Part shown: piece by piece, positions 47,449 to 61,010 of the stretch
Position numbering within the stretch: the first letter of the stretch is position 1
Layout: each line of letters begins with the position of its first letter
NCBI GenBank assembly: GCA_002633005.1
Contig: NMRA01000284.1
Location: 454,978-518,977 of the forward strand
Source of the DNA: Phoronis australis
Taxonomy: Eukaryota > Animalia > Phoronida
Length of the DNA stretch: 64,000 bases
Direction of reading: 5' to 3'
The notes under the pieces: model-generated
Told to the model about the DNA's origin: nothing
What the model saw: only the letters and a program-made list of their open reading frames with translations
The model's database searches: none
Program-made: the position numbers and the translations under genes

Positions 47449-47698
47449 ATGAGTAGAAAAAGGTCGGAAAACTTTTCTCCCGAGGAAAAAGTTTTCCTCA
47501 CAGAACAGACAAAACTGATTACAGAGAGCAAGAAAAGTGACGCCAAAACAAGTCAACGGAAGCAACAGGCTTCAGTGGAGGGACATTGGGTCTACACTGG
47601 CTGCACAATTCCCGCAATCAGAAAAACGCAACCATAAACAGTTTAAGGACTTTTGGAAACGCTCAAAAATGAAGTTCAAAAAAGACTCTACGGTGTAG
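47449..47698 (+). pseudogene. Myb/SANT-like DNA-binding ORF of a Harbinger element, frameshifted
   Basis: MSRKRSENFSPEEKVFL...KKSDAKTSQRKQQA, frameshift, WRDIGSTLAAQFP...RNHKQFKDFWKRSKMKFKK; MSANTD3/4-type domain. Confidence 0.8.
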
Positions 47699-47768
47699 CA
47701 GCAGCAGCGGCAGCGGCAGCGGCAGCGGCAGCGGCAGCGGCAGCAGCAGCAGCAGCAGCGGCAGCAGG

Positions 47769-47799
<31 letters not shown>

Positions 47800-47811
47800 G
47801 CAGCGGCAGCA

Positions 47812-47847
<36 letters not shown>
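47698..47847 (+). repeat. (GCA/GCG)n trinucleotide microsatellite, about 50 triplets
   Basis: Directly visible; source of the poly-Ala and poly-Cys ORFs. Confidence 0.97.
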
Positions 47848-47855
<8 letters not shown>

Positions 47856-47869
47856 CAGCCACAGTCGAT

Positions 47870-48450
47870 GAACTCTACAAAATATCAGTTTCTACAGGGA
47901 GAGCAAGTCCTAATGCGCTCACGGAGCCTTGTACCCGCCGGGACGAATCGCGAAAGGAACGGACAGCAGACACTATCTCCGAGTACACCGCGTGGCAACC
48001 AACTGATCCCCTACCATGCAGGAACGATAGACAGGGTAAGCAACAAAGTCATCAAACTCCATTGCGCCCGCGAAGCACTGGTAATTGGTGCTAGCATAAC
48101 AATTAATGGGGACACAAAAGGCGTCAAATTCCCGTGTAGGCCTAGACAGTCGTGTATTGAACCTAAGTCCCGTTCATGCAGGCGTCTTTTTTGCGGAAAT
48201 AGGCCTACTTGCTGAAATATTTTCCGTAACATGGGAAATTTTGTGCATTAGAAGAAAAATTGCGGAACCATTACATTTATTCAGACGCGTAATTAACGCA
48301 GTTCTCCTTGACAAATTCGCATGAACGGGACTCACACACCACCCGGCCGCGACTGGTAGCGGTGTGCCTCATAAGAATGTACAGTCACCATCTCTGAGCC
48401 AATATTCCCAAAGTTTGAAATTCATATTCCATGTCCGAAATAGTTAAAAT
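47870..48450 (-). pseudogene. Harbinger/HARBI1-like DDE nuclease remnant
   Basis: Fragments MRHTATS (cf. LRFLATG), KFPMLRKIFQQVGLFP, GSIHD (cf. PGSVHD) and GVLGDSVCCPFL (cf. LLGDSGYP) occur in the expected order. Confidence 0.65.
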
Positions 48451-48601
48451 TTGAAATATGTGCTAGTTCTGTTCAGTCAAAGAAACGTAATCATCGTCGA
48501 GAACTGGCAGCCGTTGTCACGAATGATGACGATGAAGCCCTGCTCGACCAGTCGTATTCTGAAGAATCAACAGGACACTATCCAGCACGATCTGGTTTAC
48601 A

Positions 48602-48757
48602 CATAGGCGGATCCAAGGGGCTACAAGGGGTCCGGACTCCCTTTTTGCTTGATTTTAGTGAGATCAAATCTATAATCTTCAAATTGTTGACTTGGTCCCC
48701 CCTTTTAAAAAGTCCTTGACCGACCCCCTCCCCTTAAAAGTCGTGGATCCGCCCCTG
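48602..48757. mobile_element. Short MITE with GGCGGATCCA termini
   Basis: cataggcggatcca / tggatccgcccctg. Confidence 0.6.
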
Positions 48758-48889
48758 CTACGTTTGATCTTGTGTCGTCGTAAAACTGAATATTGAAAAT
48801 AGTCCATTTTCGCTCTAAAACTGCGTCGTACATGCACACCGCGGCCTCATCCAGTTGCACCTATATCATGCAAGTCTGTCATATTTAAC

Positions 48890-49141
48890 AGTTAAACCTA
48901 GGTCTGACCAAGTGTAAAGTTAAACCTGGTTTAAGATCTTAATATAGATCTAAAGGATATAGACTTCGTTGGTGAAATGAAAACTGACTTAGACCACGTC
49001 TAAATAGGAGTGAAACCAGGTTTTACTAGACCGCTGGTCTAAAAGTTAAGCCACTTTATGAAATGCAGATTATCTTTAAGCCTGGTCTAAGTCCAGTTTA
49101 AACCAGGTTTAACTTTAAACCACCTTTTATGAAATCGGCTG
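48890..49141. mobile_element. Probable Harbinger terminal region with subterminal palindromic repeats
   Basis: Repeated aaacctggttta / taaaccaggttt motifs ending in ttttatgaaatcggctg. Confidence 0.5.
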
Positions 49142-49169
49142 CATAAGTCTAAGTGATATGGCTCAATTT

Positions 49170-49860
49170 CGGGAGTGCCGACCATTTTGGTCAAAGTCAT
49201 GCGAGGAGGCATTTTGAGAAGTTTGAACCAATACGTGATCACGGCAACATAGCGATTAGTAAATAACGGCAATCGCCGACACGCGCTCAGTGCAGCATTG
49301 TTTCAGCATGAATTATCTACACCCAATCCACGCCTGCAAAATTTAATTTGCACTTGTTCCAACCAGTTGTATTCTTGTAAGGCTCCATAGCACGAGCTGG
49401 AGTAAATTATCTTATCAAATGTCTCAAAAGCCACACGTGGTTGAAATATGGTCCAGCTTCTTTGTAGCTTGTCGACTGTAATGGCTACCTCCGTGGCTTG
49501 GGTTGACAGGGTCTGAGCAGCCATAGTCCACAATAACTTTGGCGTGAACACAACACCAAGATACTTGTAGCTGGCATGGAAATCACTTCGAGTTTTTCAC
49601 CTCCAAAATACCACATCTCGCAATTTCTCAAGGGACCTCCGTTTCTAAACACCATAAATGTAGTCTTCACTAAATTCAAAGACATGCTCCATTCCTGGCA
49701 GAACTTACTTAAAGCACACAGTAGTTTTTGCGGTTTAACTGGAGATTAAGTACACAAAGCCATATCATCAGCATATCTTAAAACTTTCACATCTGAAACA
49801 TTTTGACATAGAAGAATACCATCGTCATTACTAGAATGGATACATTCTACAAAGTCATTA
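49170..49860 (-). mobile_element. Non-LTR retrotransposon RT C-terminal fragment (CR1/L2 group), decayed
   Basis: YADDM motif, then FCQEWSMSLNLVKTTFMVFRNGG...WYFGGEKLEV, frameshift, YKYLGVVFTPKL...QVQIKFCRR. Confidence 0.8.
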
Positions 49861-51244
49861 GGTTTTTAAATAATCACCATGAACTCCAATAATAAACTTT
49901 CAAAAACAAGTGACTGTGTAGACTCGATCCGACACGTGCTCTGTAATGAAACCTTGGACAAATGTAGTATTGAAACAAATGATCAAATTTTACATAATGT
50001 TAAACTCGATAGTTGTTTTTTTGTAAACTGCATAGAAAATTAATTGTGCCACAGTAACAGTTTACATGTTTGACACGTCTTCACGTGATGTGACCAACAT
50101 ACATGAATGACCTGTGTGAAGACATTCATGAATACAGTGCCTTCAACAATTTGCTTCTCAATATAAATGAGCTTCCCAGGTTGTACACGTGCGTCTGTTG
50201 ATGTTAATTTTGCTTCTAAGACTCGTTTTAAGGTTAAACAGAAAACTCGCGCATACAGTTGTACAAATTTACTTTACTGTTTAGACAGATTTATAGCAAC
50301 ACTTTACATATCACTTTTGGCTATGGGTATTCTCATGCTACGACCGGTAGGGTTCGCGTTAATCACGGGCGGGCAGAGCCTGATAGTGGAAAGCAGTACG
50401 AGTTCCTGAACAGAAAGTTGACAGACAGGAAACAAAAAACACCAACCTATCCGTTTGAGAGACCACGACCCCTAAGGCAAATCTCTGTTCACGAATCAAG
50501 ATTGACGGACGACGTGCATCTAACTTCGTCGTAGCCCCCATGCGGTTTAGTTTTTGAAAGTTTCCATTCATATGCAATGCCCTCGAAGATGTCTCCCGTT
50601 TATTCACTGCAAGATGACATGTGGCACGATTTTCCATTGAGAACACTCTTTTGGTATTCAGTATCTCTAAAAGGCGAGTTTATTGATCTGGATTGTGTAA
50701 TGACGTGGTTACCTGGTTGTTGCACTTCGATTACTTGGTGTGCTCGTAGTTCATTGGAAAGCGCAATAACCCCTCCTGGGAAGTAATAGCATGATCCTTG
50801 AATGTTTCCCTTTGAGTGGGTGGGCCTGCTGTTTCAGATTGCGGCCATTTCCTTGAAAGCGCGCATCGTGATGAGATGATGTCTTACCCGATACATGAAG
50901 GACGATACAGGTGCGTAACTTCTGTCATTAATTACATTTTTGTCTGGCTGACTGCTGTTACAGTTCTCCACCTGTGGCAACTGTTTGGTGTACAGGTAGT
51001 TGTAATACGAATATGTTTTAAGTTTCGGCTGTATTTGACAGTAGTTTTACTTTGGGTCATACTCATACATTAGTGTTCGGGTCGAGTGATGACGCACATT
51101 TATTCAAATGTGTATTCACTGAGAAGACTATGGCTTTAAGAGAAGAACTGCTGTCCGTGTAAATACTCTGAATATACATTTGAATTTATGTATTTCTGTA
51201 TGAGTAAGCAAAGCCTACGATGTACAATAAGTGATATTATTAGA

Positions 51245-51254
51245 ATTATTATTA

Positions 51255-51292
<38 letters not shown>

Positions 51293-51304
51293 GTTATTAT
51301 TATT
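51245..51304 (+). repeat. (ATT)n microsatellite
   Basis: Directly visible. Confidence 0.95.
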
Positions 51305-54300
51305 AAATGGATATATCTATCCATCTGTCAAATGTATTATCATTAGCTTGCACTAGACGTTTGTAACTTGACTTGTTGAATTTAACGCTCTTTCTAATCC
51401 CGACTAACAATTGTACTAACATACTAACTAGGGCCCTAACATGCGTCCCGTTTTATGGACTACGGATCCTATCTGTCCCTGGTTTTTGTGTCCTGGTGTT
51501 TTGCGTAGTACTCCAGACGCTAAGCGGACGAGTGTGCAAGTTTTAGAAAGACTTGCCATTTAGGCCCACATGACAGTTTTCTTGTGCTTTTCTTTCCTGA
51601 TTTAGGGCATAAGTTCAACAAGTAGTAAAGTAACGTGTTATTTTTATGCATTCTCCTTAGTTGCATTGGATTCTGGTCGGTGTCAGATAAAGCAATGCCC
51701 CCTGGAATTTTGGAATGCTAGCTCACTTCTTGAAAATGCGCCTTTAATTTTCGAGATTTCGCTGGGCTAGGTCGCAAACGGCGAACTTTGGTATGTTAAT
51801 TTTCTTGGCTCATCGAGCACTGACCAATGACACATAGAACTCGGTGTGAAAGTAGCCATTACCCCCCCGGAGAAATTGTCCGGCTTGCGTTTATTTGAAT
51901 GAAGCACCCGCTTATCCACTGATTAACGTGCCAGTACACCGGCATTTAAATACATGCAGCTAGGACAATCACAGCTACCACACCAGGACACATAGAACTC
52001 TGTCCAATGCAATGAAAACTGGTCATACCGAACCCAGGACACGTACATATGTAGAATCCCGATATGCATAAAACGGGAACACATCATGATGACCCCCAAC
52101 ATATGGATCAGAACAATGGTTCCCGTGATCGATAACTGCCTTGGTAGATTTTTCAATTAATCTCGAAGTGTCAACTTGAAAACAATAGTTGATTTGCCGA
52201 TTGTCTGTAAATTTCATTACTGCACGTTTTTGTCTATTTGCACGCCATACCCATACATAAACGACAAGCTGCGACCCACGGATAACCAAGACGGAAGAAA
52301 GGTGGGGGTTTATGTAATCTAACGTTGCTTGCATGTCATACTGTATTAGTATAAATAGGATACAGCTCGATACTCCAAAGGTTCACAAGTTCGAACTCTC
52401 ATAATACCACAAATGAATAAAAAAGCATTATAAGGCCGAAGGCTCACAAATCCGATTGAAAGAAAAAACTAGTTAGTTGGAAACTAGTCCGAAGGTCTAT
52501 GATGCCAGAAGCCAGCCATTCAAAGTCAACGACAGCCAAGCAGCAAAATTTTGGCGGCGATAAACCATACTTCGAACATGTAAATAAGTACAGCAACTCA
52601 GTGAATCACCCAACTTCATGTTTGGACCCCGTTTTGAGAGGCACAGGCTCTTCTAAGAACTAGTTTCAAGCAGCCTTGTGCAAATAAATCCCTGAACGTT
52701 TTGCTCAAAATCACTGTTCGGAACCTAGTGTCATGAAAGTTCAAATTTATAACCTTCGGTGGGTTTTCGTAATTGTGTGGATAAGTATTCAGATTTATGG
52801 ATTTTTAGACTTGCAAGTCTTGCGACCCATGAATACCTTAATTTCATATCAACTCTGTACAAATTCTTTCTCACTTGAAGTTTTCAATTCAGGTCATATA
52901 AAGTTGATCACTTATTGTGCAATTTTTAGCGACTTGGCAAGTCGTCGAACCAGTGGACTTTGGCTGACTAGTGTACCATTTACCCATGGCACCTGACGTT
53001 GCGAGCAGTTACAGTGTACCAAAAGTGCAGAAGGACCACTAACACGAATGACACCAGGGCCAAAGGTATAGTGCCGTTCAGCTGTAAATCAGTATCCTGG
53101 CAGTTACCGGTTTTGACTACATGTGTGTACTCATTTGAGTCATCAAAACTTAACCAATCACTTGTTTTATTTGGAAAAGCGAAGTGAACAATTTACTTCA
53201 GGAATACGTCTTTATTCAAGTACACCGTTTCACAACTGGTTTCAGTGCAGTCTCTCAAAAATTGAGTTGGTAATTGTATAACTGGGAGATCTTGTCAATA
53301 CAAGATACACTATAGGCTCTCAGTTCGGGTCGCCTGTATTATATTCCTTCTCGGAAGTGAACTACATTTAGTCTTAATTGCTGTATCTTATTTGAGCGAC
53401 TTTGTCATTTGCTAAATAGCTGGGCTTTGTTTATCATTAAAAGGATACCAAACTCGGTTTTGGCCTACTTACACATACTAAAAAGACTTTCCTCATCCAG
53501 TTCTCTGAAACAAAATAATGCTTTGTAACTTATCGCCAACCCTCAAAAGTCTGGAGAAAATTTTGAAAACTTCTATCACATTCTGCTAAACGGGCAAGCG
53601 TGACCTACGCTTTTAGCAAGTTACACAGCCCCTTTGGAAAAGACCACCCGTCAAGGACCACAACGTGCAATTTATAAGAAAGGAAGTATAAGTTATTTCA
53701 GTTGGTTCCTGCTTTTATTTTGGAAGATTGACTCTACAGATGCAAAGGAGGTGACAGAAAGTGGATTGGTTGACATAATCGATATAAGTTTATCATCCTT
53801 ACAGGACCATACAGGACCACGACGTCACGACGGGTTACAGTGCATCAAAAAGTTCCTGCAGTACCACTAATATAAAAAATGTATTAGCGTTCAACTTTCA
53901 TGAGAAAAAAGCATTTGAAATGTTTTACACTTCAGTTACAAGTTTGTTGGGGCATCTTTTTACTTTGCTAAACACATTTCTTTTAATGTATACTTCACAA
54001 TATGAAATACACTCACCTCGGCTCACGTATGTTAAATTCGTCCTCGAGGGTTGATTGGACTTTATTGCCAAGTATGCAATTTTATCTAAATTTTTTTACA
54101 AAATTAAATATTTTAACTCCTTAAATGTTTATATTATCGGAAACTAGAAACCCAAGTAAAATTTGAAATTTCGGTTTTTACTTGTCTGATATTCATAATG
54201 ATTGCCTCACAAGAATATTTCCCTTAAGTAAAATTTATCGAAAAAGAAAAGAAAAGCACAGTAATAGAAAAACAACGGTATCGATAACAAGTTCGAATTT

Positions 54301-57300
54301 CATTTGATGAAAATGTTCCAAGACGTAATCTCAAAAAACTATTAATGTTCTAAAATATCATGATCTTAGTTTGAATTCATTTTGTAAACTGTGTTTAAGT
54401 TCTTGGATTTGGAAGTTTTACATAAATCTGGACAGCTATTTCTTGAGATATAAAACTCCAAAGTTGGGGAAATGTACACGATTTTGAAGTTTCAACTGGC
54501 AGTGCACCAGGCCAAGATGTCGCTGAACCACCAACACAAAATGACACTAGAGTCGGAAAGGTAAAATATCCCAGGAGTTGCCTCTTACGTGAGGGCGTGT
54601 ACCATGAGATCCTGTCTTACCCGATACATGAAGGGCGATAGAGGTGTGTAACTTTCGTTATTGATAACGTTTGTGTATGGCTGACACTTACAGTTACAGT
54701 TACCCACCTGTGACAAATGTATGGTGTCCAGATAGTTGGGTTGTACTCAAGTATTAGTGTTTGGGTTGCGATGACGCACATGTACTTCGAATAGATAAAG
54801 CTCTCCATCCATCATATCTATTACCATTTGCTTGCACTAAGCGTTTGTTACTTGTCTTGCTGGTACATTTGCGTCGACGCTAACACTGTTTCTAATCCCG
54901 ACTAACAATTGCACTGACATACTAACACCAATCCTAACATATCAAGAAATACAGCATGAATAAATCCAAACGACGTTCAAGGTCACAAAATGCATGCTGA
55001 GTGGTGTTATTTGAATTCCTCTCCAAATGCCAAGATCAAATGGAGCTGAACAGTGGTTCCCGTGATCGATTACTACCGTGGCAGGGATAAGGATTTTTGA
55101 ATTAGTTTCCACCATTTGCGATGCATTCGTGGGCGCATTTCAACGCTCCGCGTTGCTCTTGTTTAGGGACTTGTTCTTTCGTCAAACTACTGGCTGACCA
55201 GTATACCATTAAAATGGGAGATTTTACAAAAATCTGAACTGCTATTTCTAAGATACCAACCTTTAAAATTAGAGAAATGTGGACACTTTCTAGGGCCATG
55301 CAGCATCCGAAGTAGCAGGACGCTGTCCTTGCCACCACTGGCAGCGAACAAAAATGTCACTGAACCGTCACCATTTAAGGACATCAGAATAGGAAAAGTA
55401 AAAAATCCAGGAAATTGCCTCTTCTTTGAGGGCGTACGTCATGAGATGCTGTCTTACCCGATACACAAGGTACGGCTGGGGCTAACGCCCCTCAGGCGAT
55501 AATCCTCCAAAATCCACTCGGGCTCTAGATACTAAAACGGGGGATAACGACTTCGCCATGTAATAATCTATATGTATTTGACATTTTATCTAAACCTGAA
55601 CTGCTATTCTGATACGAATCTTCAAAGTTAGAGAAATTTGAACGTTATTCCAAAGATAATACATGATCTGAACAACCATGACCTCACCACTACTGACAGA
55701 GAACCAAAGATAACACTGAACCACCTACTCAAATGATACCGTAATTGGAAAGGTAAAAAACATCTCTGAAGTTGCACCTTCCGTGAGGGCGCGCCATGAG
55801 ATGCTGTCTTACACGGTACACGAAGGACGATAGAGGTATGACACTTTCGTTATTGATAACATTTTGTCTGGCTGATACATGCAGTTACAGTTGTTTACCT
55901 GTGTCAACTTTGTGGTGTCCAAATCATTGTAACAGCCTTTAAGTGCTGTCGAACATTGTTTGGATCTTTTCGAGAGCAGGCACTGGCACTTCCAAAAAGT
56001 AGTTTCAAACAGGAACGTGCATACAAATCTCGAACATTTTGCTAGCTGTAATAAATGAAAGTTCGAAATTTTAGCTTTCAAACTAATGGACTTTCGACCT
56101 AGTTTGGACCTTTGGATTTATGGATTTTTGGACCTGCAAACCTTCGGACCAATGAATAAGTGATTTCATACCTTCTGCTCACACTCTTTCTCACTTGTAC
56201 TTTTCAATTCGGATCATAAGGTTTCATTGCTTCCAATGAGATGACTTTGTTTCAACATCATTGTAGGCTTTTAAGGAAAACCACTGGACATTGGCTGACT
56301 AGTATACCATTGTCATGCGGGATCTGACGTCGCGAGCAGTGAGAGTGTACCAAAGGTGCCGCTGGACCACTCACAGGAATGACATCAGTATGGTATCGGT
56401 ATGGTACCGTTCACCCCTAAATATCCTGGAAGTTAAATGCTTCGACTGTCTGTGTGTTCTACGAGTCATCAAAACTGTACAGAAACCTTGTTTGATTTGG
56501 AAAAGTCATTCAGGCATCTATTTTTATTCATATGCATTGTATTACATCTAGTTTCAGGGCACAGTCCCTTAAAAACCGTAGAATTTAGCAAAAGGCAAAG
56601 CCACGTGGTAAAACAATGATATCAATAACAAGATCGAATTTCATTTCATGAAAGTGTTCCAGAAGTGACCTCAGAACTCTGTTACCGTTCTAAAATATGC
56701 TCTTCATTTTTGTTTTGTGAACTTTCTTTAAATCACAGGTGTTACATGAATAAGAACAGCTATTTCTGAGATATAAACCTTCAAAGTTAGAGAAATATAG
56801 ACATTTGTTCCAGGGTCTTATAGGATCTGAGCAAGCAGGACACTGACCTTACCACCACTGGCTGCATCATGAGATGCTGCCCTAAAAGATACATGAAGGA
56901 CGATACAGGTGTGTAACTGTCGTTATTGACAACATTTTGGTCTGACTGACACTTGTGACAACTTTGCGGTGTCTTGATCATTGTAACAGCTTTAAAGTGA
57001 TAACGGTATTTTACCTGTACTCTGGCTTGTACTCAAGTTTTAGTGTTTGGTTCGTGATGACGCACATGTACTTTAAATGGATATACCTCTCCATGCACCA
57101 AATCTATCACCATTCGCTTTCACTTGTCGTTTGTTACTTGTCTTGCTGGTACATTCGTATTGACGATAACACTCTTGCTAATTTCGACTAACATTTTCAC
57201 TAACATACTAACACATACCCTAACACACTAAAAACAGCATGACTGAATCCAAATGACGATCCTGTGTGCATGCTGAATGCTGTTAACTGAGTTCCTCTGC

Positions 57301-60300
57301 AGATGCCATAACAAGTATCAAATGGAAAACAGCAATTGATTTATCAATTGTTTGTAAATTTTATTATTCCACGGTTTTGTTCATTTACTTGCTATACTCA
57401 CACAACAACGATACGTTGCGACCCCTGGATTACCAAGACGGAAGAAGGAGAATAGAAGAAGAAGAATGACAAACGAAGACTAAAATTAAGAATCTAATAT
57501 AATTTTGCTTGCGATTCATACTGAATTGGTATAAATAGGGTGGGGCTCTATACTGTGAAGGTTCACAAGTCTAAAGGCAAATCATCTGACAATTGAATAT
57601 ATTTCTAATAGAGCCCTTTAACCCCGAGGGTTCACAAATCCAACAGTAAGAAAAGATACTTAGTTCGAAACTAGTGCGAAGGTCTATTTTACCTGAAACC
57701 TGAGATTTAGCCATCGACAGGAAGCAGCAAGATTATAGTGGTGGTAAACAAATATTTGAAAATGTAAATAAGTGCAACATCTCTGCACATTGCCGAATAT
57801 TATTTTGACCCTACCAACAGGCTCTCAGGGTTCCATAAAGTAGTTTCAAATAGGCACGTGCATATAAATACCCGAACCTTCTTCTCCAAACAACTTTTCA
57901 AAATCTTGATACATGAAACTTCTAACTTTTAGCTTCGGACTGGTGGGGACCTTCGAAATTTATAGATTTTTGGACGTTTAAGCTTTCAGAACAATGAATA
58001 CTTTGATTTCATACCTTCTGCTCACACTCTTGCTCACTCGTAGATTTCAATTCAGATCATACGATTTCATTGCCTCCAAGGGGTTGACTTCGTTTGAATT
58101 TTATTGTAGGTTTTTAGAGACTTTGCCAAATTTCTTCGAACCACTGGACTGACTAATATACCACTAGCATGCGGCATGCGGGATTTGACGTCGCGAAGAG
58201 TGGGATGAAACCACAGGACCACTTACACGAATGACATCACCATAGCCAAAAAGTATGGTGCAATTAAGCTGTAAACATCCTGGAAGTTATATGCTGTGAC
58301 CGTATGTGCATTCTAGGACCCATCAATTCACACCTGGTTTCAGGGAACAATAAATTATTTTTTAAAAAGCGTAAAATTTATCTTAGGACAAAAAACACAT
58401 TAATGGTAAAACAATGGTATCAATAACAAGATCGAATTTAATTTAATGAAGGTGTTCCAGAAGTCACCTCAGAGCTTTGTTAAAGTTGTAAAATATGCTC
58501 TTATCATTTTCGTTTTCTGAATGGTGTTTAAATCATAGTATTTGAAAGTTTTACATCAATGTGAACATGTCATTTCTGAGATACAAACGTTAGAGAAATG
58601 TAGACGTTCTTTTCTAGAGTCTAACAGGCTTCGAACAACAACGACCATGGCCTTGCCACCACTGGCAGTGAACCAACAATGTTGGTGAACCTCGAACACA
58701 AAATAACACCAGAGTGGGAAAGGTAAAAACGTCTCGCAAGCTGCTTTTTCCGTGAGGACGCGCGCCATGAGTTGCTGTCTTACCGATTCATGAAAGACGA
58801 CAGTGGTGTATAGCTTTTGTTATTTATAATATTTTAGTCTGGGTGGCACTTGCAGTTACAGTTCTCCACCTATGACAATTGTGTGGTGTCCGGGTCGCGT
58901 CGTTGTAAAATATTTTAAGTTTTGGCTGTATTTTACTTGTACTCTGGGTTGTACTCGGGTTCTAGTGTTTGGTTCGTGAAGACGCACATGTACATTAAAT
59001 GGATACACCTCTCCTTGCACCAAATCTATCACCATTCGCTTGCACCACACGTTTGTTAATTGTCTTGCTCGTGTATTCGTGTTGACGCTGATGCTCTTTC
59101 TAATCCCGACTAACAATTACACTAACCTACTGACACAAGCCCAAACGTACCCAGAAAGACAACATAAATAACGTAAGAGGTCACAAAAATTTTGTTAATA
59201 CATGTTTTTTTTGTCTATTGACTCGCCATACCCACGCAACAGCGATACTCTGCAAGCCACAGATAACCAAAACGGAAGAAGAAGCATGGAAGAAGAAAAT
59301 TCAGAACCGAATACTAAAGCTATGAAGGAAATCCAATATTGCTTGAGAATCATAATGCATTGGTATAAATAGGATAGACCTCGATACTCCGAAGGTGTAC
59401 AAGTTAGAAGGCAAATTATGCGACAAATGGAAACGTTTTCAAAAGGACCTTGAGTCCGAAGGTTCACAAATCCAACAAAAAGAAGGTCTAGTTGAAACTA
59501 CTGACGAGGTCTGACAACAGAGCAGCAAAATTTTACTGGCTGTATTCCAAAATTTGATAATGTAACTAAATGTAGCAGCTCAGTAGGCATTGACAAAATT
59601 TGTTTGGATCCCATTGAGGAACACTGGCTCTTCGAATCCCTAGTTTCAAATGGCACGTGTATAGAAACTAACTTCAAAATTTTTCACGAAATCATTTTTC
59701 AGAACCTCGTGTCCTGAAGGATTGAACGTTTACTTTTGAAAATGATAAGCGTTCGGACTTCAGTGGATATTAAGATTTATGGATTCTTGGTCCAGCTTAC
59801 ACTCTATCACAGTGCTAAACGAAAGTTAAGTATAGGTGACGCTGTGTCAGAGGGTAGGTCTAGCTAACCTTGAAACCGAGGAATACCGTGATTTCATACC
59901 TTCGGCCCAAACACCTTCTCACTTGTAGATTTCATTTCAGGTCGTATTGCTTTATCACTCTCAAGGGGTTCATTTTTAGCGACTTGTCCCAGTGTCCAAC
60001 AACCGGAATTTAGCTGACTAATGTACCATCCACGTGTGATAACTGAAGTTGCCAGCAGTGACAATACATCAGATGTGTTGCAGGACCACTATGACGAAAG
60101 ACATCAGAGTTAAACGGTGTGGTGCACTTCATCTGTAAACGTCCTGGACGTGTGTATTCCTATGTGCAACTTGTTTCATTCGGAAAAATGAAATGAAAAT
60201 TCTATTCGCTACTCATTCAGGCACCGTCTTTATTCATTTACACTGTTTCATACCTGGTTCCAGGGCACAATCTTTCAAAAACTGCAAAATTTAGCAAAAG

Positions 60301-60655
60301 AGAAAAGCACATTATTAGTAAAACAACGGTGTCAATAACAATATCGAATTTCATTTGATAAAAATATTTCAGAAGTGGTATCAGAAACACTGTTAATAAT
60401 CTAAAATATGATCATTTCATTTTCAATTTGTGAATGACGTTTAAGCCCGGATGTTGCCTCTTGCGTCAGGCCACATGCCATGAGGTGCTGTCTAAACCAA
60501 TGCATGAAGCACGATAGAGGTAACTGTCGTTATTGATAACACTTTGGTCTTCACCTGTTACCACTGTTTGGTGTCCATTTCGTTGTAATAGACTTCAAGT
60601 GTTGCCTGCATTTTAGTTGTACCCTTGGTTCTACTCATGTATTAATGCTTGGGCC

Positions 60656-61010
60656 GTGATGACGCACATTTACTCTAATGAATAGATCTGCCCATTTGTC
60701 AATTGTATTTACATTTTGCTTGGACTAGATGTTTGTTATTTTTCTTGCTTGTGCTTTCGCGTTGACGCTAACGCACTTTCTAATCCCGCCCAACAATTGC
60801 CCTAACATACCAGGAAAGACGGCATGAATTAANGTGATGACGCACATTTACTCTAATGAATAGATCTGCCCATTTGTCAATTGTATTTACATTTTGCTTG
60901 GACTAGATGTTTGTTATTTTTCTTGCTTGTGCATTCGCGTTGACGCTAACGCACTTTCTAATCCCGCCCAACAATTGCCCTAACATACCAGGAAAGACGG
61001 CATGAATTAA
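60656..61010 (+). repeat. 177-bp near-exact duplication across N 60833; probable assembly artefact
   Basis: 60656-60832 recurs at 60834-61010 with one visible SNP. Confidence 0.85.

Noticed and set aside
47572-47871. Poly-Cys and poly-Ala ORFs
   Set aside because: Translations of the triplet microsatellite.
51086-51123. C/D snoRNA (GTGATGA...CTGA) in an array unit
   Set aside because: Too short, and the D box is not retained in the other units.
60656-61010. Recent 177-bp tandem duplication
   Set aside because: The copies meet at an N; typical contig-overlap artefact.
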